A stretch of DNA of 64,000 bases from assembly GCA_965285935.1 (NCBI GenBank), contig OZ260667.1, forward strand, positions 10,850,001 through 10,914,000. Direction: 5' to 3'. Position numbers and translations under genes: made by a program. Positions 40,701 to 53,000 of the stretch are shown piece by piece (the first letter of the stretch is position 1; each line of letters starts with the position of its first letter). The notes under the pieces are model-generated. The model was not told the DNA's origin. It searched no databases and saw only the letters and a program-made list of their open reading frames with translations. Origin of the DNA: Ophelia neglecta. Lineage: Eukaryota.

Positions 40701-43700
40701 TTAATTTTGTATAGGCGTATATTCGTTTAAAGTCTTGTTTGTAATTTTTTGCAAGGCATACCTTTACCTTAACCCGCATCTTTCACACATTACAGTTATT
40801 TGGGGAGTTGTTTCCGCCGTTCAGATGCGACGAGTGTTTAGAAAACCACTGTAAATGTACTCATCACATCGAGCTCACGCTTAACAAAGTGATTCAACTG
40901 GTTTTCGTGAACACTGGTAAGTCACATTCTTATTTTACCGATATGTGATGGGATAAAGAGACGTGCTCCACACTAATTTGACATGAAAACCAGCTATTGC
41001 AGGACTGATACTCTAGTTTTCACGATCGTATTATTTCATTAGGATCTGCATCGAAATGTACGGCTCAGATTTTGTTTTAACCTCACAATATATTAATAGA
41101 TTCAAGAAAATCACTACATCCAATACATCTCCATGGACACCATTTCTACGTCACAAAGGTCGGCTACCCCAATGTAGACCCCCTTACAAGGTATGTGATA
41201 AATATGGTGAAATTTAGGCCTCATTTTGTTTAATTTTAGTAGCCTATGGATTAAACACTATTTTCGTGTTTTTTAATGTCATGTTAGGCGACTTAGAATG
41301 AATGAATGACTGTATTTGTTGCATTATTAACAGTTGTAATCACATACAACAGGGCGGTCCTGTCGCTGAATAGAAACGTAACATGTAACGGGCCTCGTTG
41401 TGAGTGGACCAATCCGGACTGGTCTGACGGACGTGTGCCGGATATGAACCTGGAGAATCCTCCTCTCAAGGACACAGTGATGGTCCCGGGAAACGGATAT
41501 GTCGTCGTCAGATTCAAGGCGGACAATCCAGGTTGGTGGCGAGGGCGCGAAATATTTGCCCTTTTTTAAAAATTCAATTTTCAGAAAGAAATTGATAGGG
41601 GATTCTGGACGTAGTGAGACAGAATAAAGCAAAATGGGATGTTAAGCTGGTTGTAAAACGTACAAATATACCGTCATTTAAATGATAGGATTTATATGTT
41701 AACTTTTACAAAGACTCTAAACGTATTAAAAAATAAAAATAAAATCACAGTCAAACAATGTTATTACAAGAAACCTGATGTATAATAATAAGCAAATGTT
41801 TGATACTCTTTCGTGGTCCTGCCGAAATATGTGACAAATTTAGCGTATCATTCGAATTGACCAATTCTATAAATATTTAGTAGAGACCACTGACGTTAGG
41901 TGGCGGTGATATTGGTCTTAGCATCCAACCGCTATGGATCATCTTTTTGGATAGAGGAGATCACTAGCACTGCGTGTGTACACTAAATTTAATATTAGAG
42001 AGACGTCCCCAGGTATTGTGCGGAGGCAGGGATGAGTGTCGGTTTTTCGCGGATAAATAATCGGTTATTTTTTCCAGGTTGGTGGGTGCTGCACTGTCAC
42101 ATGGAGTTCCATCAGGCCCTCGGGATGATGTTAGTAATGAGAGAAGGAGGTGCCCAGCACCAGAACCCTCCTCCCCGTGACTTCCCTACCTGCGGCTCCT
42201 TCGACTGGAGTGAACAGCAGTTCTGGGAGACGATTAGTCCCGGGGGTGAGTTTCTGGATTATGGAAACAATGTTCTACATACATTCATATATCATTGAAA
42301 TTGACAGCCATAATTAATAAATGCATATTTTACAGCTTTCGGCGGTGGAGGGGGGGGGGGCTTTATATTTTTTTTCCTTGTCGAAGGTTTCTATTTATAA
42401 ATAACTTATGTCAATAGAAGGGAAAGCTAGGAATCCTTTACAGCACGGTAACTTTTGAGTGTGCCATACTTAAATTTTCCTGGAATACAGTTAAACCCCG
42501 GCTACACCTCGTGGACAGGCCAGACTACTTTCCTTGAAAACCCGCTACACTTGGAACCTGATAAAACCGTATTTGCTAAATTATAATTTCCTGATGGGTC
42601 CGAAAATCGCTGACGTAAAATGTCTTTTTAATGTATTTTCTAGTAGATATGCTTGATTGATGTGATCCATTAAACGTCAGAGCCTATGTGCGTCATAAAC
42701 ACGTAGACATTTGATTGTGAGATGGTGCCTTATGTTAGGGACTGTTTGCCCTTTATTTCCTATTCTGACAACTATAAATATCTACCTCAATCAAATGATG
42801 GATTGTTCATGAATCGTATTCAATAATCTGTATTGACATTTGCTCTCCGGTCTTCTGAGACTACAGCAATATAGCTCATATTCATAGATAGGGGAACACT
42901 AGGCATGAAAGGTGCTGACAATATTTAAGATCAGTGAAACTGGAAACCAGATGAGTTAGACATGAAATTAATAAAAGTCTTGCACAGTAAGATAAAAATT
43001 ATGTTGAGGAAACACCCATTTTTCATTTTTGTTGTTTTCCTAGTACAGTATAGTGTTAGAACGCTCGTTGGCTGATGGTTTTGTAATAAGGCTGCTTTTG
43101 AGTAATCTACTATTTCATGCATTTGTCAAAACATATTTTCATATTGTTACAAAGACCAATATGACAAGTTAAACCAAACAAACTATTAGAAGTTGAAGGC
43201 TAAAGCTTTCGGAATTACGGTAATGTCAGGTGGGGTCTTGGGACATCAACAAGGTTGGCAGCCATGTTTACAGACGACATTGGAGTGAAATTCACACTGC
43301 AGTTGGAAATTTACGGAATACAAATTATATGAAGACTGATGTTCTTAGAAAATTGTAAATTTCAGAAGCATATATATTAAAGAATAAAGGCCAGGTGCAG
43401 AATACTTGGTACAAGCAACTTTTATATAAAAACAACACCAGTCAAAGTACCGGTAGGATCGCCCGCAAATTTCTACGTGTTTTTGAAGCCAGTGTTCTCT
43501 GACTATAACAATATGTTCAGAGATTTCGGGCTACTTTTTTTGCCCGACCCATCGTTGTCTTCAGAGCGGTTACAATGGAACAGCTCTTATTTGCAGGTAC
43601 AAGCTGTTATTCACTACTGCTATTCACAATACACCGCTTCTCGCTGGGGTGGTTTCCAAACACAGCATCAATTGCTCTAGGATACTGCTAGAGCAATTGA

Positions 43701-44266
43701 TACTCTAGCAGAAGCTCTAGAGCTAGTGGTTTCCTACTAGCTCTAGGATACTACTCATGCTGGGGCATGGAATGTTTGTACTCTATGTTTTTTTAAATCT
43801 GTTTCCTCACGCATACTGTGTAAATAAATGACGCCAACCTTAAAGGTTTTACAGCACCTACATATCTCAACCTGCCCTGTTCCGGTCAAATTCACTCAGA
43901 GAGCCAATGTTACGAAGCTCCTGTTAGGGGTTAACTGCACTATCCAATTGCTCCTAAACCACCTCAGATAGTGGCAAGAGTTCTCCCTCATCCATATCCA
44001 TACATAATGTGCTTGGGCCATGTCATCTGCAAGTCTATAATATGACTTTACAACCCTCAGGTGGAAGCAGCACCTCCCCTAGCGGGAATAAGAAGTCGGG
44101 AGGTGGCAGCACCTCCAGGCAAGGCATCCAAGCCACATGGGACGAGCATAAAGTACTGATCATTGTGGGATCCGTCATCACCTTCTTGTTGTTGGTCATC
44201 GTCGTAATTCTCGTTGTTTTATGTTGTAAACTTACAAATAGTCGTCATGGCTACCAACGTTTATAG
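30824..44266 (+). CDS. Multicopper oxidase (laccase-like) gene B, 15 exons, type I membrane protein, 749 aa
   Basis: join(30824..31085,33432..33532,33752..33897,35401..35649,36157..36290,36722..36846,37074..37241,38217..38326,39461..39594,39899..39954,40796..40916,41100..41190,41353..41531,42078..42245,44061..44266) = 2250 nt, GT-AG, same phases as gene A. Motifs [34 protein letters not shown]; TM helix and tail [14 protein letters not shown]. Confidence 0.93.
32636..32813. mobile_element. Tc1/mariner MITE family 1 copy, inverted (gene B intron 1)
   Basis: Reverse complement of 612-789; ends GCAGGTTTCACTG|TA. Confidence 0.72.
34641..34726. repeat. (ATT)n microsatellite
   Basis: Visible directly in the sequence. 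Confidence 0.97.
36444..36540. repeat. 32-bp x3 tandem repeat
   Basis: ATAATTTAGAACTCTACGTATATATGTGAATA, period 32. Confidence 0.92.
37200..37666 (+). repeat. 61-62-bp minisatellite derived from the gene B exon 7 / intron 7 junction
   Basis: Unit atcattgaggcagtcacactagacctaccccagcagggacaa|gtaagc...; GT donors at 37242, 37303, 37365, 37426, 37488 and 37549. Confidence 0.92.
38349..38526. mobile_element. hAT-like MITE (gene B intron 8)
   Basis: Termini CAGTGCCGGATT / CCTGGACCCGCCACTG with subterminal G and C runs; TSD not clean. Confidence 0.55.
38882..39398. repeat. 29-bp minisatellite CTTAAAACATGTACGTATGTCCAGCATGT (gene B intron 8)
   Basis: About 18 units. Confidence 0.95.
40049..40374 (-). 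mobile_element. Same tRNA-derived SINE family, antisense in gene B intron 10
   Basis: Reverse strand reads TGGCCGAGTGG (A box)...GGTTCAAATCC (B box); body matches 5831-6162; (CAAC)n tail. Confidence 0.85.
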
Positions 44267-45078
44267 TACGGCAAATTGTCAGTGAAATAAAGAATATTTA
44301 AGAATTAATATTTAGGGTCCTGACAACTCAAGGTCACCTTTTGTATTTGACGAATGCCCGATACCAGAATACTGTACGGCCTAAGCCATGTTCAAAATAT
44401 TGTGCTGCATGTAATTGGTTTATTTATACTATCTGATATTAGTGAATTTTGAAAATAAAATGGGTAGTTATATTAAACAAAAGAGAGATTTATTTCGGAT
44501 TAATGAGCTAAGTAATAATTTTCTCATGGTTTATTAAACAAAGCATAATCTTTATTTGGTAAAATCGGGCCCATCACTGAGAAAGGCACGCCTACAATTC
44601 TGGCATCGACGGTGTTGTGCTTTCCATCGTTTGTGATAGGTGAATCCAATCAGGCATGTTAACAATGAGGTTTTGCAAATTCAAGTAGTTTGCACTTGTG
44701 TGATCAACTTTTAGCTTATTTGGGTGAGTATGACAGATTCGTATGTGCCTTGACACGAGATAAGAAATGGTGTGGCAATACCGGTGCATTAATAATAATA
44801 AATTTCAGCGTGGGAAATACGATATGTACGTGTAGTTCCTATATTATGAAATATATGGCATGACACTCGTTGCTAACTGAAGACTAACATTTTAATCCCA
44901 CCATATTTCTGTTCGATATCTATAATGTAAAGCCTACATATTTAAGTTTATATAATGCGCACGCCCTTGCGCTTTTGGTAAACTTATGGTTGAACAATGC
45001 GTGGTGGTAGTGGCTGGGACAGGACAGGCTATTTGACATAGTGCAATTGAATCTATAGAGTAGATAGCAGAATAAAAC

Positions 45079-45282
45079 CAGAGGCACTCGATTATACTAT
45101 TTCCTTTTCATGGTATATTAACCTATCCCCCTCACCCCCCCCCCCCCCCGCTCCACCGGCGCATACTACTGCCTAGAGTAGTACTAACCTACACGTATGA
45201 TTGCATACTACAGTATTACATATATGTAGGTTACGCCAGGGAGGATAACGTGAAAAGGTAGTAGTATATTCGAGTGCCTGTG
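45079..45282. mobile_element. TIR-bounded MITE
   Basis: ~30-bp imperfect TIR cagaggcactcgattatactatttccttttca / tgaaaaggtagtagtatattcgagtgcctgtg. Confidence 0.65.
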
Positions 45283-47039
45283 TATTAAACAAAAAAACCC
45301 CGGAGGATTAGTGATGATTAACTGATCCCATATTCATCAAAGCAGAACAATATCCTGCATTATGAACTGGGCCTTCCATGTTCACAATATTTTAGATCTC
45401 TTTCTAGCAGACGCCGGTACCACGCTCTAATTACGTCATCGGACATGCGCACTCGCGTAAGACAACGTTTTTTAGCCGCATATTCGTTTATATCTCTAAC
45501 CTAGGCTTAGATCTCGTTGTAAGTCAGGCTTTAGTTAGCTAGCTAACTTTTTTAGTGAGCGAGCTTTATGCAACTAACTAACCCAGGGAAAATAAAAGGC
45601 TTATTTAAGCTTGGCTTATGTATGTAGGCCTGGATTTGTTTAAACCAGCTTTATGGAACAGGCCCCTGGTATAAACAGTCAAATCTACTTGTACTCACTA
45701 ATTGGAGGTAGATAGGTAGGCTCCGCTGGAATGACCCCCCTTTTTTCATGTCACGCATGCAACATAGAACTTTGACCCCCTGTTTCACTCAACATAGAAT
45801 TAAGTTCCTCATTTTTAATGATACAACACTTTGATATTGTATTTCGTTGTTTCGGCACTCCCTGGTCACATCTTATTTCCGAAATACATAGAATTTAGAC
45901 CCAGACAAAGACTTTTGACCCCCCAATTTGAAACTTCCGGGGAGCCTACCTACCTGTATTGGGCCCGACCCCCCCCCCCCCCCCCCCTAGGCCTGATGCC
46001 CATTGAGGATTATTGTTCTACACGGGGTGGGTCTGCCTTAAACACTCCTCCTTCATAATTATTGTACCATTTGCTATCAAATATCATGAACGAGCGTTGT
46101 GTCGACAGACACTACTTGTCACCACTGTATATAGTATAGATACCTCTCTTAAACATCGGGGATGCCTCTCATAAAAAGTTATGTTTGCCCAAAAGCGCAT
46201 GCATGTGTTTGTATAAATACACATATGCACATATGTAGTGAATATATATGTGCTTATTAATACTGAACTTGAGCCAGGAATGTCTTTTCTTTTACTCGTA
46301 GTGTGGCGTCTAATGGATTCTATAGTAACACTATAATGACACTTATACCATCAGGGTAAATGTATATAAACAAATGAACCGAAGTCTACTACCACTGGCT
46401 CGTTACAGGGGACACTATATTATATACATGTTTATATAACTTGCTTGTTATGTAATGCAATATAGCTGTGCAATGTGCATATTAATATTGAAGTTGATCC
46501 ACGAACGTGTTTTTCTTTTACTCTGGTTGGTTGTTTTTTTACTGTTTATTTCTATTTACTTGTGAGACACACCTCAAATTTGTTAAACATCCCCGAGACC
46601 TCTCATAATAATACGATGTGTTATAGTTTGGTCCAAGCTTCTATATCGCTTGCACATGTGTATATAAATGGCCCAATGAACAACTATTTTACGCAATGTT
46701 TAAGCTACTAAGTAGGCCTAAAGGAGTGTACCTAAATTTAAAACAGGACACACCGATTTAATTTAAGGATCTTCTACTGAACTGAGTACATGGACCCGGA
46801 GTGTGGCCATGATATATGCCAATATTTCGGCTAGCCAAGGTTCAAGGATACGAGTAGGTCACGGATGTGAGGATTTGTTTTCATAGATTTGTCTAAGTAT
46901 GATGACGTTCACAGCGAAAGAGTGTGCAAAACTGCACGCAACTCGCTTGATGATAAACATCTGGGTATATTCACCGAATAGGTAGGTGAAACATCAAAGT
47001 ATAGTCGGTGAAATAAGCCATTGATTGTGAGCCTTTATC

Positions 47040-50000
47040 ATGATCCGTTCGGCGGTGTTGGTGACACTGGTGCTTGGTGGCACCTTCGCATTTGAGCAGG
47101 AAGTGCTGCCCCATTGCGGCCCAGACGAGACTGTCTGTGAGTTCAAATGGAAGGTGACCAAAGGAGAGACCATGATACAATACGACACCATGACCGGTAG
47201 AGCGCGACCCGTTTACCGGGACACATCGACCGGAAATGACGTGTATGTCGCCAGGAATGCCAAAGGTAGCTGCAACGAGACCTCCCCTCTCAGTGACGAA
47301 GGTGAGTTGTCCCCAGTAGTCTGAAATAACGAGACCTCCCCTCTCAGTGGCGAATTTGAGTTGTCCTCACTAGCCTTAAATATTGAGACCTCCCCTCTCA
47401 GTGGCGAAGGTGAGTTATCATCAATAGTCTTAAATAACGAGACCTCCCCTCTCGGTGGCGAAGGTGAGTTTTCCTCATTCGTCCCTACGAGGGATCGGTT
47501 TTTATTGCACTTTTTACTTTGAATCCCTACCCTCAATCGGAATAAAAAGGGCCCCTTCCGTGCGAGGGACTTTGTATTCTTTATACCATTAATCGACTTC
47601 ATTTATTATTTTTATAGAGTTAGAGAAGATTGCCACGGCTGACGGACGGTATAGAACCGCCTACTTTATCAACGGTCAGTTCCCGGGGCCCAACCTGGTC
47701 GTTTTCCAGGGGCAACAGGTAAGAAGTTAGAGAGTGTGTGTGTGTGAAGAGAGAGAGGGAGGGACGGGGGGGGGGGGGGTGAGGGAGGGAGGGAGAGGAG
47801 AGATGGGGGGTAGGGTTACAGGTCTTACCTTGTTGTGTTATTAATCCTCCCTTGTGCTGGCAAAGCATTTTCACACCAGAATCAATACCGGCAGCTCAAA
47901 CATCCTTGATATTCAGTTGTATATAGAATATTGGCAAAAGTTTTATCGATTAATTGGTTGCCAAATAGATCGAAGAAGCTCTGACGTCAGCTGCGCGTCA
48001 GAGCGTGGCAACGACCTGACAACGGGCTTCTGTGGGTATACACAGTTTTTTCAAGATGGCGGTGATAAGCGTTTCGTGTATAGCGGCGTTCTTTGCCGGC
48101 GAAGAAAAACTGATTAAGAAAAGGAAAAATGCGTACAAGTCTAAGCGATTAGAAAGATTTACCTATGATGGTTCGCGTGCATCACATTTCAGCTCGGGTC
48201 AAAGCCAGCTTCGTACGAAAGAACGGCAAGTTTGTCCTACCGTGTGCGTAAGATCTTAAATCCCCCATATTTACGCCTGTTCGCTAAACGGCTTATTTTT
48301 TATTGGGACCAGTACTAGTGGTGTATAAGGACTTTACAAGTCATGTTATGTATAAGTAATAATATTGGGGCCTTATTATTTCAGAAAATTGGGTGTCAAA
48401 TTGTTTATGTAAGTGTATTAATGAATTGCAATGTCACAATGGTAATGTGTGAATTTCTGACCAGGGTTCTTGTAATTAATTGCACAAGCGTAGTCATGCA
48501 AATGTGACATGAGGAGGATGCACTAAATCTAAATTGCCTACCCAATTGCAATTTCATAAAACCTATTTTCTCATAGACTTACATGTATTAAGCTTTTAAT
48601 ATTAAATAATGTCTCGCAGCTTGTCCTCACAGGTAGGAAACCGAATAAATCGGCAGATCTCTCGCTGGCTTCGGTGGTTGCAGAAGGGCGGAAAACACTG
48701 CACAAATGCTATAATCACCTTAATCAGAGCTTTCGGTTTCCACAAATGTAGAAATCAGTCAGAATCACGCATAAATACTGGACTAAAACACAAAATCATC
48801 GGAGCTGATATTACGACCGTGTACTTTAACATGTACCCAACATGGCGGCAATGATTGTTTGTCTCCAGCGGGAGCAGTAACTAACAATATCACGTGATAA
48901 ATGACGTCATCCTTCTTCAATCTATTGTTTCAGGTGGTTGTCCGTTTGACTAATGCGTTGCTGTCGGAGGGTGTGTCTGTTCACTGGCACGGTATTCACC
49001 AGAGAGGAACCCCCTGGATGGACGGGGTGGCGGGTGTCACGCAGTGTCCCATCAACCCCAGTGAAACCTTCACATACAGGTCATTTTTACTACAACATTA
49101 ACATACAGTCGCTATCTTNNNNNNNNNNNNNNNNNNNNNNNNNNNNNNNNNNNNNNNNNNNNNNNNNNNNNNNNNNNNNNNNNNNNNNNNNNNNNNNNNN
49201 NNNNNNNNNNNNNNNNNNNNNNNNNNNNNNNNNNNNNNNNNNNNNNNNNNNNNNNNNNNNNNNNNAAGATCAGAGACAGAGACAGAGAGACAGAGAGACA
49301 GAGAGAAAGATAGAGAGAGCCGTTTATGATAAATAATCATTCACGATAAAGATGACAATAAGAAAAAACTGCGGGACCCAATAATAAAGCATTCCACAGA
49401 GACAGATACCTACAAGGACAATCTTATTTCAAAATAGTTGTTTTTTTTTGTTTTTTTTTATTACTTCCAGGTTCCTTGTCAATGAAGCCGGTACTTTTTG
49501 GTATCATTCCCACCTAGGCCTGCAGAGAACAGACGGGTTGTTTGGGTTCTTAGTCGTTTTACCGCGCACGTCCCCGCACCCTGAACCAAACCTCTCCGGC
49601 ACGCGCTCCCCTCAGCTCCCACCAAGGCCGGCCTTTGACAAGGATTATCTCCTTATGGTGCACGACTGGTTCGGCAGGGAGTCGTCTGTGGTAAACGACA
49701 TGTCTTATCAAGGCCTAGTCAGGTAAGCAGGACTTAATAATTCTACGTAAAACATTCTATATGTACGATTTGATTATTTACCCCTTTCCAGCAAAGCCAA
49801 TAGCAAGCAGCGAGACGCTCGTATATGTTGTTACAATATCAATGCGTTTTCCTCCCGTCTCCCTGTGATTGGTTTAATTTAATCTCACCTTGTTTGTATG
49901 TTTTTAGGTATTGGTCTAGCTATGGTAACCCCTCCTCCCGCCTCCCTGTGATTGGTTTGATTTAAACCCACCTTGTTTGTGTTGTTTTCAGGTATTGGTC

Positions 50001-53000
50001 TAGCTATGGTAACCCCTCCTCCCGCCTCCCTGTGATTGGTTTGATTTAAACCCACCTTGTTTGTGTTGTTTTCAGGTATTGGTCTGGCTATGATAACCTC
50101 TTCTCCTGTTATAGCCCCACTCTCGGCGTTTATCACTCAGAATTAGGCTCTGTACCGTTCGAGACCGCTCTCATCAACGGCAAGGGATCCACCCGCTCGC
50201 TCAAAGATCGTGAGTAAATGTTACGTGCCTCGGATATCATAGGACCCATGTGTTAAGCAAACTGTAAGGCACCTTTAATAGATAAGTTGCTAATTTGTCT
50301 TATTGTAGTTTCTTAACAAGTCAACCTAAATCCTTGCTATGATAGCCTCACCTCCGGTCACCCTATGATTGGTTTGATTTAAACACACCTTGTCATAGCC
50401 CCTTCTGTCTCTTATTCGTTGACACTATAGGGATTTACCCCCCTTCCATTGGGATAGCGTCCGGGGTGGGGGAGGGGGGGGGGTCCATCTTTGGGAGGTT
50501 TAGAAACAAACTTATTGCTATGGCTGGGAATTTCTTGATCCGCCATTTCGTCTATGTTTATGGTTTCTAACTGTTTGCACTATTAGATTCGATACATTCT
50601 CCAGAAGCCTTTCGTTTAGAGCCACTTCTTTCTACGCCACCTTTGTCGGTGTATCCATACCTAGAACTCCATTCTGAATCAAATTACTGAGTTATTACGA
50701 ACATGTTCAACACAGAATGCATGATATCCCATAAGGCTTTAGCCGAAAGCTTGAAATCTAATTCATTTTGCCTAATTTAAGACAGAACTCAATAAATGGA
50801 TTGGGTTTGAATGATTAAATGGGTAATACTTTTGAACGTAGCCGAGTTGTCACACTTTTCTGATTTATGTTCCAGTGATAGCTGTTGCCGATACGAAAAC
50901 ACCAAATATGGAAAGATTCCGAGTTCGCAGGGGTGGAATATACAGGTTCCGGGTCATCAACCCCTCGCTTAACTTCGCCTTCCAAATCAACTTTGGCGGG
51001 GTGAGAATGGCTTGATATCTCCATCTGGCGGAAGATGATGGCATTATTATCTTCCCTCTAACCAGTCTGTTACGCATCTTATAGTTATTTATACTTTCAA
51101 GCAGTTTAACACAGTGTTTAAATTGCAGTTTTGAAACTTTTTTGAAATGAAAATGGCAATTCAAGGGATTCTTTTTGTAACAAAAATGTTTTTATTGTTC
51201 TATATATACCCAGCTGTGTTTTCTTGCTAAACGTTATGGTTCATGTTTCACGGATTTTCCGATATTATAGCTCTTTTATGAGGCATTTGTTCTGTTTCTC
51301 GCCAGCACAAGCTGCACGTGATATCGTTAGACAGTGTAGACATCGAGGAGATAGAGGCCGACTTCGTTATAGTCAACCCGGGAGAGAGACTTGACTTGTA
51401 CCTGGTGGCCGACCAGGACCCAGCCGCCTACATCATACAGGCTGCCACCCTAGAACTCCCCCAGCAGGGACATGTAAACCGCCCTAGTCTCTTGATTACT
51501 GGCTAACTTAATGATAAAATATTAACATCATTAAACTGCCTAATGTAATTTTGTTGTTTAAACTGCAGAATATCGTATATTTTCGCGCCAGATGGAGGCA
51601 TATTCCGCGGACATTGTAACAGTACGTTGTGCGTGGAAGATGGCTACTTGCTGGACCTTATTAAACGACGAACGAATGTACCCAATTATACCTTATAGCA
51701 GAGTTAATTGCGTTATTGCACCACACCACAAATTGATTGGCTTAAAATTCCAGTAAAATGGGGACTGGATACGAAACCGTTTTTTTTTCTGAGGGTTACT
51801 AAGTCGCCGCGGCGAGATACTAACTCGCCGCGGCGAGACAAATAACTCGCCGCGTAACTCGTTGCGGCGAAATACTATCTCCCGCGGCGAAATACTAACT
51901 CGCCGCGGGGAGATACTAACTCCCAGCGTAACTCAACGCGGCGAGATACTATCCGCCGCGGCGAGTTTATCTCCGTTCTGAATGTCCTTAAAACGCTCTT
52001 GTACCAAAACCCATCAATATTTACTGACTCCAGTCAAAAACGTTAGTCTCCAACCTTCCAGAACTGCACCCCTGGTATATTTACAAGCCTAAGTAACGCT
52101 ACCTTTTTACCACTCAGTCTGTTTATAGGCTATAGACTATAGTAGAATTGTGTTCCAGTGCTATATTTTGCAACAAACCTCGCAGTATTTTAAAAGTATT
52201 TTAAAAGTCTTAGTCTTTATATTTAGGATAATGTTCCTATTACATATTCTAACGTCAACCGGAATGAAGAATTTGAGGAAGATACTACAATATTCCAATC
52301 GTCGATCACAAATTAAGAGGCTGCTCCCATTTTATTGAGATCAGCCTCCTACTATTTCACTCATCAATCTTGATATTTGAAAATGTTCTCATTGTATATA
52401 ATTATAGTTTTACCATATATAGGCCTATTCCTGAATTAATGCGGCGATCTATTGTAACCCTATCTATTGTAATTACAGGGAAAAATCCTTTGTGATAACT
52501 GGAATTTTCTAGAAATCCATGTTACAATTGTTCCCTGCATAACACCGACCTTTTAGGATTTCAGAAGTCGATAACTTAATGTTGACACCGACAACTGAAT
52601 AATTTTTACATTTCCGATTGGTAACCGAAATAGATCAAGGTCTGAATTATTGTGAAACAGGTCTCTCATTTCTAACGGCCAAACCTTCCCACTGCCTACC
52701 GTCCCCACTCCCACTTCAACCTTCAGACCGCCCATACAGTCCCACTTTTCCTCTTGCAGCCCCCAAACGCGGTGTACGGAGCTTTGTGGTACGAAGAAGA
52801 TCGATCCTTCAACTATATACCCGGGGACCCGTGTCAGCCACCATGCGTTGTTGTTAACTGTCCTTTTGAGTAAGTATGATGACTACATTGTATAAATGAA
52901 AACACCAAACATACAACAAACACGTATTGGTGTGTTCTTCTTTCAGACAGTTTCCTAGTACTGGCCCCGCCTTTGTATGTCGTAACCTTGAGAGTATGCA

